A stretch of 64,000 nt of DNA from Longimicrobiales bacterium (lineage in GTDB: Bacteria > Gemmatimonadota > Gemmatimonadetes > Longimicrobiales > Gaopeijiaceae): NCBI GenBank assembly GCA_965203485.1, contig OZ241892.1:544001-608000 (forward strand), written 5' to 3'. The position numbers and the translations under genes are program-made. The notes beneath the pieces were generated by a model. The model saw nothing but the letters and a program-made list of their open reading frames with translations. It ran no database searches and had not been told where the DNA came from. Below, piece after piece: positions 25,879-38,000 of this stretch. Numbering within the stretch: position 1 is the stretch's first letter; the number at the start of each line of letters is the position of its first letter.

Positions 25879-26514
25879 ATGTCGCGATATACAGGACCCG
25901 CGTGCAAGCGTTGTCGCCGCGAGGGGCAGAAGCTGTTTCTCAAGGGGGTCAAGTGCTACACGCAGAAGTGCCCCGTGGAAAGGCGGCAGTACGCGCCCGG
26001 CCAGCACGGCCCCGCCTCGGTTCGGCGCCGCAAGCAGTCGGCGTACGCCGTCCAATTGCGCGAGAAGCAGAAGGTCAAGCGGATATACGGGTTGCACGAG
26101 AGGCAGTTCCGCAACCTGTTCAAGCATGCGGCGTCGAGACCCGGAGTGACCGGCGAGAACTTGGTGCTTGCCCTGGAAACCCGCCTGGACAACGTGGTGT
26201 TTCGCTTGGGGCTGGCCACCAGTCGCCGCCAAGCCAGGCAACTGGTGCGCCACCGCCACGTGCAAGTCAACGGGTCGCTGGTGGACATTCCTAGTTGCCG
26301 CGTGAGCGCGGGCGACGAGATCGCCCTGCGCGACGGCTCGCGCGAGCTCGACTTGGTGGCTGCCAGCTTGGGAGCACGCACGCGTCCGCCGCTGATGGAG
26401 TGGCTCGCCTTCGACGAGAAGGGCTGTGTGGGCCGTGTCGTGCGGGAACCGGAACGGGGCGAGATTCCGTTGCCTGCGCAAGAACAGCTGATCGTCGAAC
26501 TGTATTCCAAGTGA
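25879..26514 (+). CDS. rpsD: 30S ribosomal protein S4 (C+ type)
   Basis: CKRCRREG, LETRLDNVV, IVELYSK. Confidence 0.99.
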   Translation: MSRYTGPACKRCRREGQKLFLKGVKCYTQKCPVERRQYAPGQHGPASVRRRKQSAYAVQLREKQKVKRIYGLHERQFRNLFKHAASRPGVTGENLVLALETRLDNVVFRLGLATSRRQARQLVRHRHVQVNGSLVDIPSCRVSAGDEIALRDGSRELDLVAASLGARTRPPLMEWLAFDEKGCVGRVVREPERGEIPLPAQEQLIVELYSK

Positions 26515-26590
26515 CGCGACCTTGGCCCGCCGGAGAGCGGGCGGCCGCCGCGCCGCTGGACACCTGCTGATACGAAAACGGAGGTCATTC

Positions 26591-27571
26591 TTGGAGATTG
26601 ACATGACGGGCCTCGTGTTGCCGGAGCGCATCGAGACCGCCAGGACGTCGGAGGACGGCAAGTCGGCCGACTTCGTTATGGAGCCGCTGGAGAGGGGCTT
26701 CGGCTACACGCTCGGCAACGCGATCCGCAGAGTTCTGCTCTCGTCGTTGCGCGGCTCGGCCGTGTGGGGACTCCGCAGCGCCGAGGTCCGTCACGAGCAC
26801 GCCACGATCGAGTCCGTCGTCGAAGACGTGCACCAAGTCGTCCACAACATCAAGGGCCTCGTCGTCACCCTCGACGAGGGAGTCGAGGAGGCGGCGCTCC
26901 GGATCGCGACGCGCAAGGCGGGGCCGGTCACGGCTGGTTCGGTCAAGGCGCCGCCGTCGGTGACGATCCATGACCCGGAGCGGCACATCCTCACCCTGCA
27001 GGACGACCGCGAACTCGAGATCGAGCTGTTCGTGAACAAGGGGCGCGGCTTCGTGCTCGCGGACGAGATGCCGGCCGACGGAGACGAACCGGGCTTGATC
27101 CGCATCGACGCGATCTACAATCCGGTGCTCCGGGCCAACTTCACGGTCGAAGAGACGCGAGTGGGCCAGCGGACCGACTTCGACAAGCTCACCGTGCGGG
27201 TCGAAACCAACGGCGCCTTGGCGCCAACAGAGGCGATTCGTTCGGCCGCGGCCTTGGTGCAGCGGTACGTCGGCTTCATGCTCGAGCTCGGAGCCGACCA
27301 GCCGGACGGGTCGTCGCCCGGGGTGGTCCCGGCCCACATCGCCGAGTTGCTCGACCGCCCGGTCCAGGATGCCGCCGAACTCAAGGTTCCGTTGCGCGAG
27401 TCGCTCGAGGCGGCGTCGGTTGCCACGCTTCGCGACTTGGTCGTCCGCAGCCGCGAAGATGTGCTGGACATTCCCGGCCTCGACGAGCGTGCGGTCGAGG
27501 AGATCGGCGAAGCCTTGGCCGCGATGGGCCTCAAGCTGGGCATGAACGTTCCGCGGATGCCGGGCGGCTAG
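26591..27571 (+). CDS. rpoA: RNA polymerase alpha subunit with a divergent CTD
   Basis: [37 protein letters not shown] start after GGAGGT. Confidence 0.97.
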   Translation: MEIDMTGLVLPERIETARTSEDGKSADFVMEPLERGFGYTLGNAIRRVLLSSLRGSAVWGLRSAEVRHEHATIESVVEDVHQVVHNIKGLVVTLDEGVEEAALRIATRKAGPVTAGSVKAPPSVTIHDPERHILTLQDDRELEIELFVNKGRGFVLADEMPADGDEPGLIRIDAIYNPVLRANFTVEETRVGQRTDFDKLTVRVETNGALAPTEAIRSAAALVQRYVGFMLELGADQPDGSSPGVVPAHIAELLDRPVQDAAELKVPLRESLEAASVATLRDLVVRSREDVLDIPGLDERAVEEIGEALAAMGLKLGMNVPRMPGG

Positions 27572-27600
27572 GCCGGGCGGAAGAAGGGAGTCTCTCCTCC

Positions 27601-27951
27601 ATGCGTCACAGAAAGAAAGGGCGCGGCCTGTCGCGTTCTCCGAGCCACAGGAAGGCCCTCCTGAGGAACTTGGCCGCCTCGCTGTTCCTGCACGAGCGGA
27701 TCACCACCACCACGGCGCGGGCCAAGGAGCTGCGGCCCTATGCCGAGAGGCTGGTCACGATGGCCAAGCGCGGGGACCTGCACGCCCGTAGAATGGCGGC
27801 GCGCCGCATATCGAGTCGCGCGATCCTTGGCAAGCTGTTCGACGAGATCGGCCCCAGGTACGCCGAAAGACCGGGCGGCTACGTGCGCATCCTGAAGCTG
27901 GGCAACCGCAAGGGCGACGCCGCCGAGATGGCGCGCGTCGAGCTGGTATGA
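27601..27951 (+). CDS. rplQ: 50S ribosomal protein L17
   Basis: [23 protein letters not shown]. Confidence 0.99.
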   Translation: MRHRKKGRGLSRSPSHRKALLRNLAASLFLHERITTTTARAKELRPYAERLVTMAKRGDLHARRMAARRISSRAILGKLFDEIGPRYAERPGGYVRILKLGNRKGDAAEMARVELV

Positions 27952-28025
27952 TGGAATCCGCGCGCCCGTTCGGGCGAGTCGCCGGACGCGCGCAACCGAG
28001 CGAACGCGAAGACGGAGGGAGGCAA

Positions 28026-28592
28026 ATGGCGATTCTGTTCAAGTCCCGGTCCGGGGGTGGAGGCGTCAGCGTGCTGCTGATGATCGTGGCGGTCTTGGCC
28101 GTGGCCGGTTTCTTCTTCTGGCTCTCCCAGACGGCGGTGCCGACCGAGGAAACGAGCGAAGAGGCGGTTCCGTCGGCCCTCGACGAGGTGTCCGTGGTCG
28201 CGCTGGAAGACTTCGCGAGCGAGACCGCGGCCTACGTCGGCCAAGCGATCGGCCTCGAGAACGTCCGGATCACGCAACTGTTCGGGCCGCACGCCTTCTG
28301 GACCACGTTGCCCAACGAAGGCAATGCGTCCTACTTGGTCCACCTCGCTCCGGAAGCCGTGGCGGACTCGGTGCCGATGGCGGCCGGGGCGGCCCTCAAC
28401 ATCTCGGGAGTCGTGGTGGCGATGACGGATTCCGTGCTCGACGCCTGGGCCGCGAACGGATACTTCGTTCAAGAAAACGACCGCTTGCTGGCGGAGTACG
28501 CCATCGACTTCCTTGAAGCGACCCGCGTCGAAGCTGCGAGTTCGGATGGGCCGACCCCGCAGTCCCAGTCTCCCGCTCAAGAGTCCGAATGA
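28026..28592 (+). CDS. Hypothetical single-TM membrane-anchored protein
   Basis: GGAGG RBS, N-terminal TM helix, acidic soluble domain, coding-like codon use. Confidence 0.75.
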   Translation: MAILFKSRSGGGGVSVLLMIVAVLAVAGFFFWLSQTAVPTEETSEEAVPSALDEVSVVALEDFASETAAYVGQAIGLENVRITQLFGPHAFWTTLPNEGNASYLVHLAPEAVADSVPMAAGAALNISGVVVAMTDSVLDAWAANGYFVQENDRLLAEYAIDFLEATRVEAASSDGPTPQSQSPAQESE

Positions 28593-29962
28593 TGGCTGAG
28601 TCGGTCCGGCCGGCGCTGGGGGTTCTCGGCGCCGGCTACGTGGGGCTTCCTCTGGCGATCGAAGCCGCAAGGAGCGGCATACGGGTCGTCGTGTTCGACG
28701 TGGCTCCGGAGGTGGTTGCCGGCCTCAACGACGGCCACAGCCACATTCCCGACATCCCGTCGGAGAAAGTCGAACGGGCGCGCGACCGGACGCTTCTCCG
28801 GGCCACGACGGACCCGCGCGATCTGGCCGGTTGCGAGGCGATGGCCATCTGCGTGCCCACGCCGCTCTCGAAGTCGGGAGACCCGGACGTCTCGCACGTC
28901 TTGGACGCGGCCCGCATGGTGGCGTCGGTCCTCGTTCCGGGGTGCTTGGTGGTTCTCGAGTCGACGATCTATCCGGGAGGCACGCGCGACCTGGTCCTGC
29001 CCGTGCTGTCTCAGAACGGCCTCTGCGCGGGCAGGGACTTCCACCTCTGCTTCTCGCCCGAGCGGGTGGATCCGGCCAACGAGCGCTGGGGAATCCGAAA
29101 CACCGCCAAGCTGATCGGCGGCGTCACCCCGGACTGCACGCGGGCCGGCATGGAGTTCTACTCCCGCTTCGTGGAGCATATTGTGCCAGTCTCTTCTTCC
29201 GAGACCGCCGAGTTCGCCAAGATACTGGAAAACGCGTTTCGGGCGGTGAACATCGGATTCGCCAACGAGATGGCGCAGGTCGCCGACAAGCTGGGACTCG
29301 ACATCTGGGAAGTCCTCGAGGCCGCAGGCACCAAGCCGTTCGGGTTCATGAAGTTTCAGCCCGGTCCCGGTCCCGGGGGACACTGCATTCCCGTGGACCC
29401 CCAATACTTGGCTTGGAAGATGCGCTCTCTAGGCGACCCCACGCGGCTCATCGAGCTCGCCGCGGAGATCAACGCCGAGATGCCGGCTTTCGTCGTCGGC
29501 AAAGTGCGGGAGGCTCTCGCCCCGAGCGGCGCCCTGAAGGGCTCGCGCGTCCTGCTAGTGGGCGTCGCCTTCAAGCGCGACGTGCCGGACGTACGTGGGT
29601 CGCCGGCCTTGGCGGTGCTCGATCTGCTGGAGCGTGAGGGCGCGGACGTGATCTACCACGACCCGCACGTACCCGAATGGAACACGGGAGATCGGGTGTT
29701 GCGGTCGGTCCCCCTGTTGCGCTCGGTGCTCGGCGAGGCCGACGCCGTGGTGGTCGTGGCGGACCATGCGAGCATCGACTACGGTCGGATCAGGCAACTC
29801 TCGCGGGCTCTCGTGGACGCGCGGAACGCGACGAGGAGGGTCGCGGCGCCGGCTGGCGAGCCGGGCGGGCCGTGGATCGTCAAGAAGGCGAAGGCCGGTT
29901 CGCGACGCGCCGGGGTGGCGTTGCACGGGCTTCGCCCCAGGGTGGATCGCGTGGCGGTATGA
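28589..29962 (+). CDS. Nucleotide-sugar dehydrogenase (UDP-GlcNAc/ManNAc 6-dehydrogenase type)
   Basis: GAGYVGLP, CVPTP, EST, SPERVDP, GGHCIPVDP. Confidence 0.93.
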   Translation: MMAESVRPALGVLGAGYVGLPLAIEAARSGIRVVVFDVAPEVVAGLNDGHSHIPDIPSEKVERARDRTLLRATTDPRDLAGCEAMAICVPTPLSKSGDPDVSHVLDAARMVASVLVPGCLVVLESTIYPGGTRDLVLPVLSQNGLCAGRDFHLCFSPERVDPANERWGIRNTAKLIGGVTPDCTRAGMEFYSRFVEHIVPVSSSETAEFAKILENAFRAVNIGFANEMAQVADKLGLDIWEVLEAAGTKPFGFMKFQPGPGPGGHCIPVDPQYLAWKMRSLGDPTRLIELAAEINAEMPAFVVGKVREALAPSGALKGSRVLLVGVAFKRDVPDVRGSPALAVLDLLEREGADVIYHDPHVPEWNTGDRVLRSVPLLRSVLGEADAVVVVADHASIDYGRIRQLSRALVDARNATRRVAAPAGEPGGPWIVKKAKAGSRRAGVALHGLRPRVDRVAV

Positions 29963-29963
29963 C

Positions 29964-31289
29964 GTGAACATCGCGGTCGTCGGTACCGGGTACGTGGGGT
30001 TGACGACGGGTGCGTGCTTGGCGGAGGCAGGGCATCGGGTCGTCTGTTGCGACATGGACCCGTCGGTCGTCGCCGTGCTTCGCAAGGGAACGCTCCACTT
30101 CGTCGAGCCGGGGTTGGCCGAACTGGTCAAGCGAAACCTCGACAGCGGGGGCTTGCGGTTCACGACCGATGTCGAAGAGGGCGTGCGCGCGTCCTACATC
30201 GTGTTCGTGACCGTGGGAACGCCGTGTCGCGAAGACGGTTCCGCGGATGTCGCGCAAGTGCTGGACGCGACGGCGAGGATCGCCGGATCCATGGACGGCG
30301 AGCGGATCGTGGCGCTCAAGAGCACGGTGCCCGTCGGCACGGCCGCCCGCGTGCGCGAGCTGCTGAAGACCGAGAGTCCGCACGCGGCGCATGTGTGCTC
30401 GAACCCCGAGTTCCTGCGCGAGGGGACAGCCGTCGCGGACTTCATGCGGTCCGAGCGCGTCGTGCTGGGCACCGAGAGCGACGTGGCCGTGCGCGAGCTG
30501 CGCCGTCTCTACCGGCCGTTCGTGTCTTCGGACAGCGAAATCGTTGCGATGGACGAGGCGTCGGCGGAAGTGCTCAAGTACGCTGCGAACGCGATGCTGG
30601 CAAGTCGCCTCAGCCTGATGAACGTGGTCGCGCAACTCTGCGAGAGGGTGGGCGCGGACATTGAGCGTGTTCGGCACGGCGTGGGTCGCGACTCGCGCAT
30701 CGGGCCGCTGTTCCTGAGGGCTGGCGTGGGGTACGGCGGGTCCTGCCTGCCCAAGGACGTGGACGCGCTCGCCCGCATGATGCGCGGGCACGGAGTGGAC
30801 GCGTCGCTCGTCGAGGCCGTCGGCCAAGTCAACGAGCGGCAGAAGCGGGCGCTCCTGGCGATGATCGTGGAGCGGTTCGGCGAGGACTTGTCGGGGCGCG
30901 CGTTCGCCGTGTGGGGGCTCGCCTTCAAGCCCGGGACCGACGACATGCGGGGCGCCCCGAGTCTGGCGACGATCGGGGGCCTGCTCGAGCGGGGTGCGAC
31001 GGTGACGGCCCACGACCCGGCCGCGATGCCCCGTGCCGCCCGAGTGCTCGGCGACGCCGTTCAGTACAAGGACGAGTGCAACGACGTGCTCGCGGGAGCC
31101 GACGCGCTGGTCGTCCACTCGGAGTGGCCGGCCTACCGCAACCCGGACTTCTCGTCCATGCGCGGCCTCATGAAGCGGCCGCTCGTCTTCGACGGCCGCA
31201 ACCTGTACCCGTTGCACGAGATGGCCCGTCGCGGCTTCGAGTACCATTCCGTGGGACGGCCGCGCGTGTCGGCCGAGCCGGCGAGCTGA
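29964..31289 (+). CDS. ugd: UDP-glucose 6-dehydrogenase
   Basis: [31 protein letters not shown]. Confidence 0.93.
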   Translation: MNIAVVGTGYVGLTTGACLAEAGHRVVCCDMDPSVVAVLRKGTLHFVEPGLAELVKRNLDSGGLRFTTDVEEGVRASYIVFVTVGTPCREDGSADVAQVLDATARIAGSMDGERIVALKSTVPVGTAARVRELLKTESPHAAHVCSNPEFLREGTAVADFMRSERVVLGTESDVAVRELRRLYRPFVSSDSEIVAMDEASAEVLKYAANAMLASRLSLMNVVAQLCERVGADIERVRHGVGRDSRIGPLFLRAGVGYGGSCLPKDVDALARMMRGHGVDASLVEAVGQVNERQKRALLAMIVERFGEDLSGRAFAVWGLAFKPGTDDMRGAPSLATIGGLLERGATVTAHDPAAMPRAARVLGDAVQYKDECNDVLAGADALVVHSEWPAYRNPDFSSMRGLMKRPLVFDGRNLYPLHEMARRGFEYHSVGRPRVSAEPAS

Positions 31290-31291
31290 CC

Positions 31292-32245
31292 GTGCGCGTC
31301 GTTGTCTTCGGAGCGGCGGGCTTCGTGGGGTCCCACCTTGTGGACCGACTGCTCGGCGAGGGGTACCACGTGACGGGCGTCGACAACCTCATCACCGGCG
31401 CGGCGCGGAACTTGGCCCACCTCGACAGCGAACCGCGCTTCGACTTCGTGGAACACGACGTAAGCCGTCCGTTCTTCGCGGACCAGGAGCTGGCAGGCGT
31501 TCTCCATCTGGCTTCGCCGGCCAGCCCGTCGGCGTACTTGGCGACGCCGGTGGAGACCTTGCTCGCCGGCGGGCTGGGGACTCACAACACGCTGGGCCTG
31601 GCCCGCCGCCACGGCGCCCGCTACCTCCTGGCTTCGACCTCCGAGGTTTACGGCGACCCGGGCGTCCACCCCCAGCGCGAAGACTACTGGGGGAACGTCA
31701 ATCCGGTCGGCCTGCGGAGTTCGTACGACGAGGCCAAGCGCTACGCCGAGGCTCTCGCGTTCGCCTACCGGCGCAAGCACCGCGTCGACGCCGTCGTCGC
31801 CCGCATCTTCAACACCTACGGCCCCCGCATGAGGCCCGACGACGGCCGCGTGGTGTCCAACTTCGTCGTGCAGGCATTGCAGGGCGAGCCGCTGACGATC
31901 TACGGCGACGGGACCCAGACGCGGTCGTTCTGCTACGTGGACGACCTCGTGGAGGGCTTGTACCGGCTGTTCCGCTCGCAGTTGGCTGGGCCCGTGAACG
32001 TCGGCAATCCCAGCGAGATCACCATCCTCGAGCTGGCGACTGCGATCCAGGAAGAAACGCGCTCCAAACTTGCGGTCGTGAACCGGCCGTTGCCCGAAGA
32101 CGATCCGGCGAGACGGTGCCCGGACATATCGTTGGCCGGGCGCGAGCTCGGTTGGAAGCCGCAGATCGATCTGCGCGAGGGCGTTCGCAGGACCGTGGCG
32201 TACTTTCGGCGGCGGTTGCAGCAGGCATCGGCCGGCACCGGCTGA
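31292..32245 (+). CDS. UDP-glucuronate decarboxylase (UDP-xylose synthase family SDR)
   Basis: [43 protein letters not shown]. Confidence 0.93.
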   Translation: MRVVVFGAAGFVGSHLVDRLLGEGYHVTGVDNLITGAARNLAHLDSEPRFDFVEHDVSRPFFADQELAGVLHLASPASPSAYLATPVETLLAGGLGTHNTLGLARRHGARYLLASTSEVYGDPGVHPQREDYWGNVNPVGLRSSYDEAKRYAEALAFAYRRKHRVDAVVARIFNTYGPRMRPDDGRVVSNFVVQALQGEPLTIYGDGTQTRSFCYVDDLVEGLYRLFRSQLAGPVNVGNPSEITILELATAIQEETRSKLAVVNRPLPEDDPARRCPDISLAGRELGWKPQIDLREGVRRTVAYFRRRLQQASAGTG

Positions 32246-32460
32246 TCGGGGCCGCGGCCGGCCGGTCTCCCCGGCGTCGGCGTCGGTTAAGTTTCGTCGG
32301 GAGTCGCCGGGATGCATTGGGCCGGGGCGAGGGACGTGAGGCAGGCCGCTCGGCGGCGCGGACTGCGGGGCGAATTCGATTGCGAGCATTGCGAATGCCC
32401 AAATGCACGGAGTGCGGCAGGAGTTCGATTGCGTCGCGTCGCGCGTTGGCGGCAAGAGGG

Positions 32461-33357
32461 ATGTCGTTGAGCGCTCTTGTGGTCGCGGCTTCGTGCGGCA
32501 TCGATCCGGGCGAGGAAACGGCGCGGGCGAGGGGAGACCGAGCGTTCGCCCGGGGGGATTTCGAGGAAGCGCTCGCCGAGTACCGGCTTTCGCTGAAGCA
32601 GCCCGGCGCGGACACGGGCGACACGGTGCGGACGGCGCACGCCTATGCCGTGCTGGGACGGGTGGACGACTCGCGATCGCTGTACGAGAGGGCCGTCGCG
32701 GCCGAAGCGTCCCACGCTCGGCAGGCGGTCGCGGACTTCGTGGCCGTGGCCAAGCGCGCGAACGAGAGCGGCGATTCGTACGCGATGGCTTCGGCGCTCG
32801 AAGCCGCCTCGGCCTTCGACCCCGGAGCCGTCGCGGCCGACTTGGCGCTGCCGTTGGCCCGGCACTACACCGCCGCGGGCGAGCCCGTGCGCGCGCTCCC
32901 GCTCTACTTGATGGTTCTGGACGCCGCGCGGGAGGACCCGGATCTCGTGCTGGAGACGGCGCGGGCCCATCACGAGATCGGCGACTGCGAGCGAGCGTTG
33001 GCGCTGTTCGAGGAATTCGCCGCGCTTGCCGGCCGCCGCGAGCGCGAGACCCGTTGGCACGTGGGTTCGTGCTCGTTTCAACTGGCCGAGGAACTGGCGG
33101 GCGAGGGTCGCGTGGAGGAAGCCCTCGAGCGCATCGGCGTCGTCTTGCGCGTGGGCGAGCCCAGGCCCCTGGTGCCGCGCGCGCACTACTACGGTGGACA
33201 GCTGCTGGAGCGGATGGGCCGGTGCGAGGAAGCTCTGGAGGCGTACCGCCGGGCGGCAGGCGCAGGGACGGCTTCGGGACTCTTGGCGGATTCGGCGCGG
33301 GCGAGAGTGGACGAGATCCGCTTCGGCGAGCCGGCCGGGGAGGAGGGAGGGTGCTGA
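32461..33357 (+). CDS. TPR-repeat lipoprotein (start uncertain, alternative 32395)
   Basis: Lipobox-like VAASC, TPR-like helices (ARGDFEEALAEY, GRCEEALEAY). Confidence 0.7.
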   Translation: MSLSALVVAASCGIDPGEETARARGDRAFARGDFEEALAEYRLSLKQPGADTGDTVRTAHAYAVLGRVDDSRSLYERAVAAEASHARQAVADFVAVAKRANESGDSYAMASALEAASAFDPGAVAADLALPLARHYTAAGEPVRALPLYLMVLDAAREDPDLVLETARAHHEIGDCERALALFEEFAALAGRRERETRWHVGSCSFQLAEELAGEGRVEEALERIGVVLRVGEPRPLVPRAHYYGGQLLERMGRCEEALEAYRRAAGAGTASGLLADSARARVDEIRFGEPAGEEGGC

Positions 33358-34406
33358 GGCGGCCGCTTGCCGTTCCGTCGGCGACCGCGGCGCACCATGA
33401 CGGGCGCTCCGCCGGAGTCCCTGGCGGCCGTGCGAGCGTTCGGGAGGCGGCGCCGGGCCATGCCGCCCCGGTGGCCACCCTGGTGGTCGCGGCCACGCGC
33501 GGCCGCGCGGCCGCCGGCGGGCTTGGCGCAAGGACGGCGCCGAGTTCCAGCCGAGGGCGCAACCGCGTTCGGCTGGCCGTCGCGCTGGCGGCGACCGTGG
33601 CGCCGTCGTCGGCTTGCTCGTCCACGCCGCCCTTCGCCGGTTGGACGGCGGAGCAGTTGTACGCGCACGGCGAGGAGGCGTTCGCCGAGGAGGACTGGGG
33701 CGACGCGCGCGAAGCGTTCGAGCACATCCTTCTCTCCTATCCGGGGTTCGCGGGGGTCGTGGACGCACGGTACTACCTGGCCCGCGCCTTCTTCGAGGAC
33801 GAGGAGTACGTGAGCGCCGTGTCGGAGTTCACGCGCATCGTGCAGGCGTACCCCGACCACGAACGCGCCGACGATGCGTGGATGGGTCTCTGCCGCTCCT
33901 ATGCCGCTTTGTCGCCCCATCCGCAACGGGACCAGCAGTACACGCAGCAGGCCCGGACCACGTGCGAGAACGTGGCGACCGACTTTCGCGGCACGGCCAC
34001 CGGCGACTCGGCCGCCGTCGTCGCCGGCCGGATGCAGGACAAGCTCGCCGCCAGGGCGTTCGGCGAGGCGCAGTTCTACTTTCAGCGCGACATCTACCAA
34101 TCGGCGGAGCTGGGCTTCCTGCAACTCCTCGACGAGTTCCCGAACACGGTGTCGGCGCCGCTCGCCCTCGTTCGCCTGATCGAGATCTACGAGAAATGGG
34201 GCTGGGACGAGGAGCGCGACGAGCACGAGGACCGGCTCCTGGAAGAATACCCCGACTCGCCGGAGGCCCGGACGGTCGCCGCGAAAGTCAGGCCCGACTC
34301 GACCGCGGGCTCCGCCGCCGCGCCGGGCGCCGCGGCACGGGCGTGGGGACTCGAGCAGGGCGGGATGGGCCGGGACCCGGCCGAACGGGGGCTCCGCTGC
34401 GCGTAG
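33351..34406 (+). CDS. bamD: Outer membrane assembly lipoprotein BamD (start uncertain)
   Basis: SSAC lipobox, QLYAHGEEAF, RDQQYTQQA, FYFQR..SA..F..LL.EFP pattern. Confidence 0.82.
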   Translation: MLRRPLAVPSATAAHHDGRSAGVPGGRASVREAAPGHAAPVATLVVAATRGRAAAGGLGARTAPSSSRGRNRVRLAVALAATVAPSSACSSTPPFAGWTAEQLYAHGEEAFAEEDWGDAREAFEHILLSYPGFAGVVDARYYLARAFFEDEEYVSAVSEFTRIVQAYPDHERADDAWMGLCRSYAALSPHPQRDQQYTQQARTTCENVATDFRGTATGDSAAVVAGRMQDKLAARAFGEAQFYFQRDIYQSAELGFLQLLDEFPNTVSAPLALVRLIEIYEKWGWDEERDEHEDRLLEEYPDSPEARTVAAKVRPDSTAGSAAAPGAAARAWGLEQGGMGRDPAERGLRCA

Positions 34407-35053
34407 GCGTCTTCGGGGGGACGTTCGATCCGCCTCACGCCGGCCACTTCGCGGTGGCTTCGGATGCCGCGCGCGCGGCCCGGCTCGACCGTGTCCTGTG
34501 GACGCCGGCCGCAAGCCCGCCGCACAAGGCAGGCTGGACTCTCTCGTCCCCGGAAACGCGGGCGCGCTTGGTACAGGCGGCGATCGCGCCCGATCCGCGC
34601 TTCGAACTCTGCACGATCGAACTGGAACGGAGCGGCGCGTCCTACACGGTGGACACGTTGCGCGCCCTCCGCGCCGCCCAACCCCGGTGGCAACTCGCGC
34701 TCGTGTTGGGCGCCGACCAGATGGCGCGGTTCTCGACATGGAAGGAAGCGGCCTCGGTGGCCGGGCTGGCGCAACTGGTCGTGGCGGCAAGAGACGGGCG
34801 CGCGGGCGCGGGCGGTCTCCCGGGGAGGCGCTTGGTCCGGAGCGCCGTGCGCGTCGCCGTCTCGTCCACGCTCGTGCGCGAGCGGGTGCGCCGGGGAGCG
34901 TCCCTTTCGACCATGGTCGCGTCCAACGTGATGGCCCTTATTCATAGCGAGGGCCTTTACCGCGGCGCCGCCGGCCGTTCCGGCAGTTGCGCGGCCAAGG
35001 CCTCGGAGGCGTCGGAGCGCCCGGTGCAGGGCGCAAGCAGAGGCACGACATGA
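34397..35053 (+). CDS. nadD: Nicotinate-nucleotide adenylyltransferase (start approximate)
   Basis: GVFGGTFDPPHAGH, PPHK, SYTVDTL, LGAD, VSSTLVR. Confidence 0.92.
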   Translation: MRVGVFGGTFDPPHAGHFAVASDAARAARLDRVLWTPAASPPHKAGWTLSSPETRARLVQAAIAPDPRFELCTIELERSGASYTVDTLRALRAAQPRWQLALVLGADQMARFSTWKEAASVAGLAQLVVAARDGRAGAGGLPGRRLVRSAVRVAVSSTLVRERVRRGASLSTMVASNVMALIHSEGLYRGAAGRSGSCAAKASEASERPVQGASRGTT

Positions 35054-38000
35054 TCAAAGGAATCGTCAAGAGGGTCGTGGGATCGCGGCACGCGCGCGAA
35101 GTGAAGCGCTTGCGTCCGCTGGTCGCCGAGATCAACGAACGCTTCGCCGAGCTGGAGGACCTGCCGGACGACGCCCTGGGCGCGAGGACGGGCGTCTTCC
35201 GCGAGCGCATCGGCGAAGCGACGGCGAGGACGGAGGAGGAGATCAAGTCCCTTCGGCAGGCCAAGCGGACCACGACCGATCCGGACGAGCGAGAGACGCT
35301 GAGCTTGGAGATCGGCAAGCTGGAGTCGCGCTTGCTGGACGAGTTGGGCCGGGCGCTGGAGGAGATCCTGCCCGAAGCGTTCGCCGTCGTCAAGGAAGCG
35401 TGCCGCCGCTTGGTGGGACGGCAGGTCGCCGTCACCGGCCACTTTCTCGAGTGGGACATGGTGCCCTACGACGTCCAGCTCGTCGGCGCCGTCCAGCTGC
35501 ACAGGGGCCAAGTGGCCGAGATGGCGACGGGCGAGGGAAAGACGCTCGTGGCGACGATGCCCCTCTACCTCAACGCCCTGGCGGGCCGCGGCGCCCACTT
35601 GGTCACGGTCAACTCCTACTTGGCGCAACGCGACGCCGAATGGATGGGTTCCATCTACCGCATGCTGGGCCTGACCGTGGACTGCATCGATCTCTACCAG
35701 CCCGGTTCGCCCGAGCGCCGGGCTGCGTACCACGCGGACATCACCTACGGCACCAACAACGAATTCGGCTTCGACTACCTGCGCGACAACATGGTCCACT
35801 CGCTGGAGCAACGGGTCCAGCGGAGCCACGCGTACGCCATCATCGACGAAGTCGACTCCATCCTGATCGACGAAGCGCGGACCCCGCTGATCATCTCCGG
35901 TCCGGTGAGCCGCGACACGTCCACGCCCTTCAAGCGGATGGCGCCGGTCGTGGGCGCCCTCCACCGCAAGCAGTCGCGCCGCTTGGGCGAGATGATCGCC
36001 AGGGCGGAGAAGTTGCTCGAGTCGGGGGGCGAGGACGAGTACGAAGCCGGCGAGCTGTTGCTGGCGGCCAAGCGGGGCGGTCCGAAGAACAAGCGCCTCA
36101 TGAAGCTGTTCGCGGACCAGCCGGCGGTAGTCAAGCTGGTCGAGAAGGTCGAAGCGGACTACATGCGCGACAAGCGCCTGCACGAAGTGGACGAGATGCT
36201 GCTGTTCGCGATGGACGAGAAGGGCAGCGCGGTTCACTTGTCGGACCAGGGACTGGACGAGCTGTCGCCGGGAGAGCCCGAGGCGTTCGTGGTTCCGGAC
36301 CTGTCCGAGGCGATGGGCGAGATACAGGACGACGAAGACATGCCGGTCGAAGCCAAGCGCCGCCGGATGGCCGACTTGGAAGCCGAATACGCAGACAAGT
36401 CGCAGAAGATCCACGTCATCCACCAGCTGCTCAAGGCTTACACGCTCTTTCGCAGAGACGAGCGCTACATCGTGGGCGAGGACGGCTCGATCGTCATCGT
36501 CGACGAGTTCACCGGACGGCAGATGCCCGGGCGCCGTTGGAGCGACGGACTCCACCAAGCCGTGGAGGCCAAGGAGGGCGTGGAAGTGCGGGGCGAGACG
36601 CAGACGCTCGCGACGATCACCATCCAGAACTACTTCCGGATGTACGACAAGCTCGCCGGAATGACGGGAACCGCTGAGACGGAGGAGACCGAGTTCCACC
36701 AGATATACAACCTGGACGTGGCGGTAATTCCCACCAACCGGCCCATCGCTCGCGACGACCGGGACGACTTGATCTTTCGAACCAAGCGAGAGAAGTACGC
36801 CGCCATCATGGACGAGATCGAACGCCTCAACCGCCTCGACCTGCCGGTGCTCGTCGGCACGACGAACGTGGAGGTGTCCGAGACGCTGTCGCGCATGCTC
36901 AAGCGGCGTGGCCTCCACCACAACGTGCTGAATGCGAAGCAGCACAAGCGCGAGTCCGAGATCGTGACGGAAGCCGGACAGCCGGGCGCCGTGACGATCG
37001 CCACCAACATGGCCGGGCGCGGAACGGACATCAAGCTGGGGGAGGGCGTCACTCGCACGCGCACGGTGGGCTGGGCGAAGGAGCGGGGGATGGAGCCCCA
37101 GTCGGTCGCGCCGACCGACCCGGTGCGCTACGAGGAGCTGGCGGGCAAGCCGGACGACCACGTCGTGGAGGTGGGCGGCCTGCACATCGTCGGGTCGGAG
37201 CGCCACGAAGCGCGGCGGATCGACCGGCAGCTGCGCGGGCGGGCAGGCCGCCAGGGCGATCCCGGCGCGTCCCAGTTCTTTCTGTCGCTCGAAGACGATC
37301 TCATGCGGTTGTTCGGGGGCATGGAACGGATCGCCGGAGCCATGGAGCGCATGGGCGCCGAGGAAGGCGAGGTCATCACGCATCCCCTTGTGACCCGGTC
37401 GATCGGCCGGGCGCAGAAGCGCGTCGAGGGCAACAACTTCGAGGCGCGCAAGCGGTTGCTGGACTACGACGACGTCATGAACCAGCAGCGCGAAGTCGTC
37501 TACGACCTGCGCCTCTTCGCGCTCGAGGGCGGCGAGGACTTAAAGGGCGAGATCTGGGAGATGATTCGCCACGCCATGGATGCGGTCTTCGAGGACTGCG
37601 TGCCGGAGTCGAGCGCTTCGGAAGAGATGGACGCAGGTTCGTTGCGGCAGCGAATGCTCTTGGATCTGCACACGGTCTTGCCACGGCTGGACAACGAGGC
37701 GGACGCGGGCGAACTGGACCGGGAAGGCTTGATCGCCGCCGCGGGGGAGGCCGTCCGCAACTCGTTCGACCGGCAACTGGAGGCTTTCGGGGAGCACGCC
37801 GAGCGCGTCATGAGCTTCGTGTTGCTTTCCACGATCGACGGCAAGTGGAAGGATCACCTTTACGATCTGGACCACCTCAAGGCGTCGATCGGCTTTCGCG
37901 GCTGGGGACAAAAAGATCCTCTCGTCGAGTACAAGAAGGAAGCCTACGAGATGTTCGTTGGGCTGATGGACGACATTCGCCGCACCGTCACGCAGCAGTT

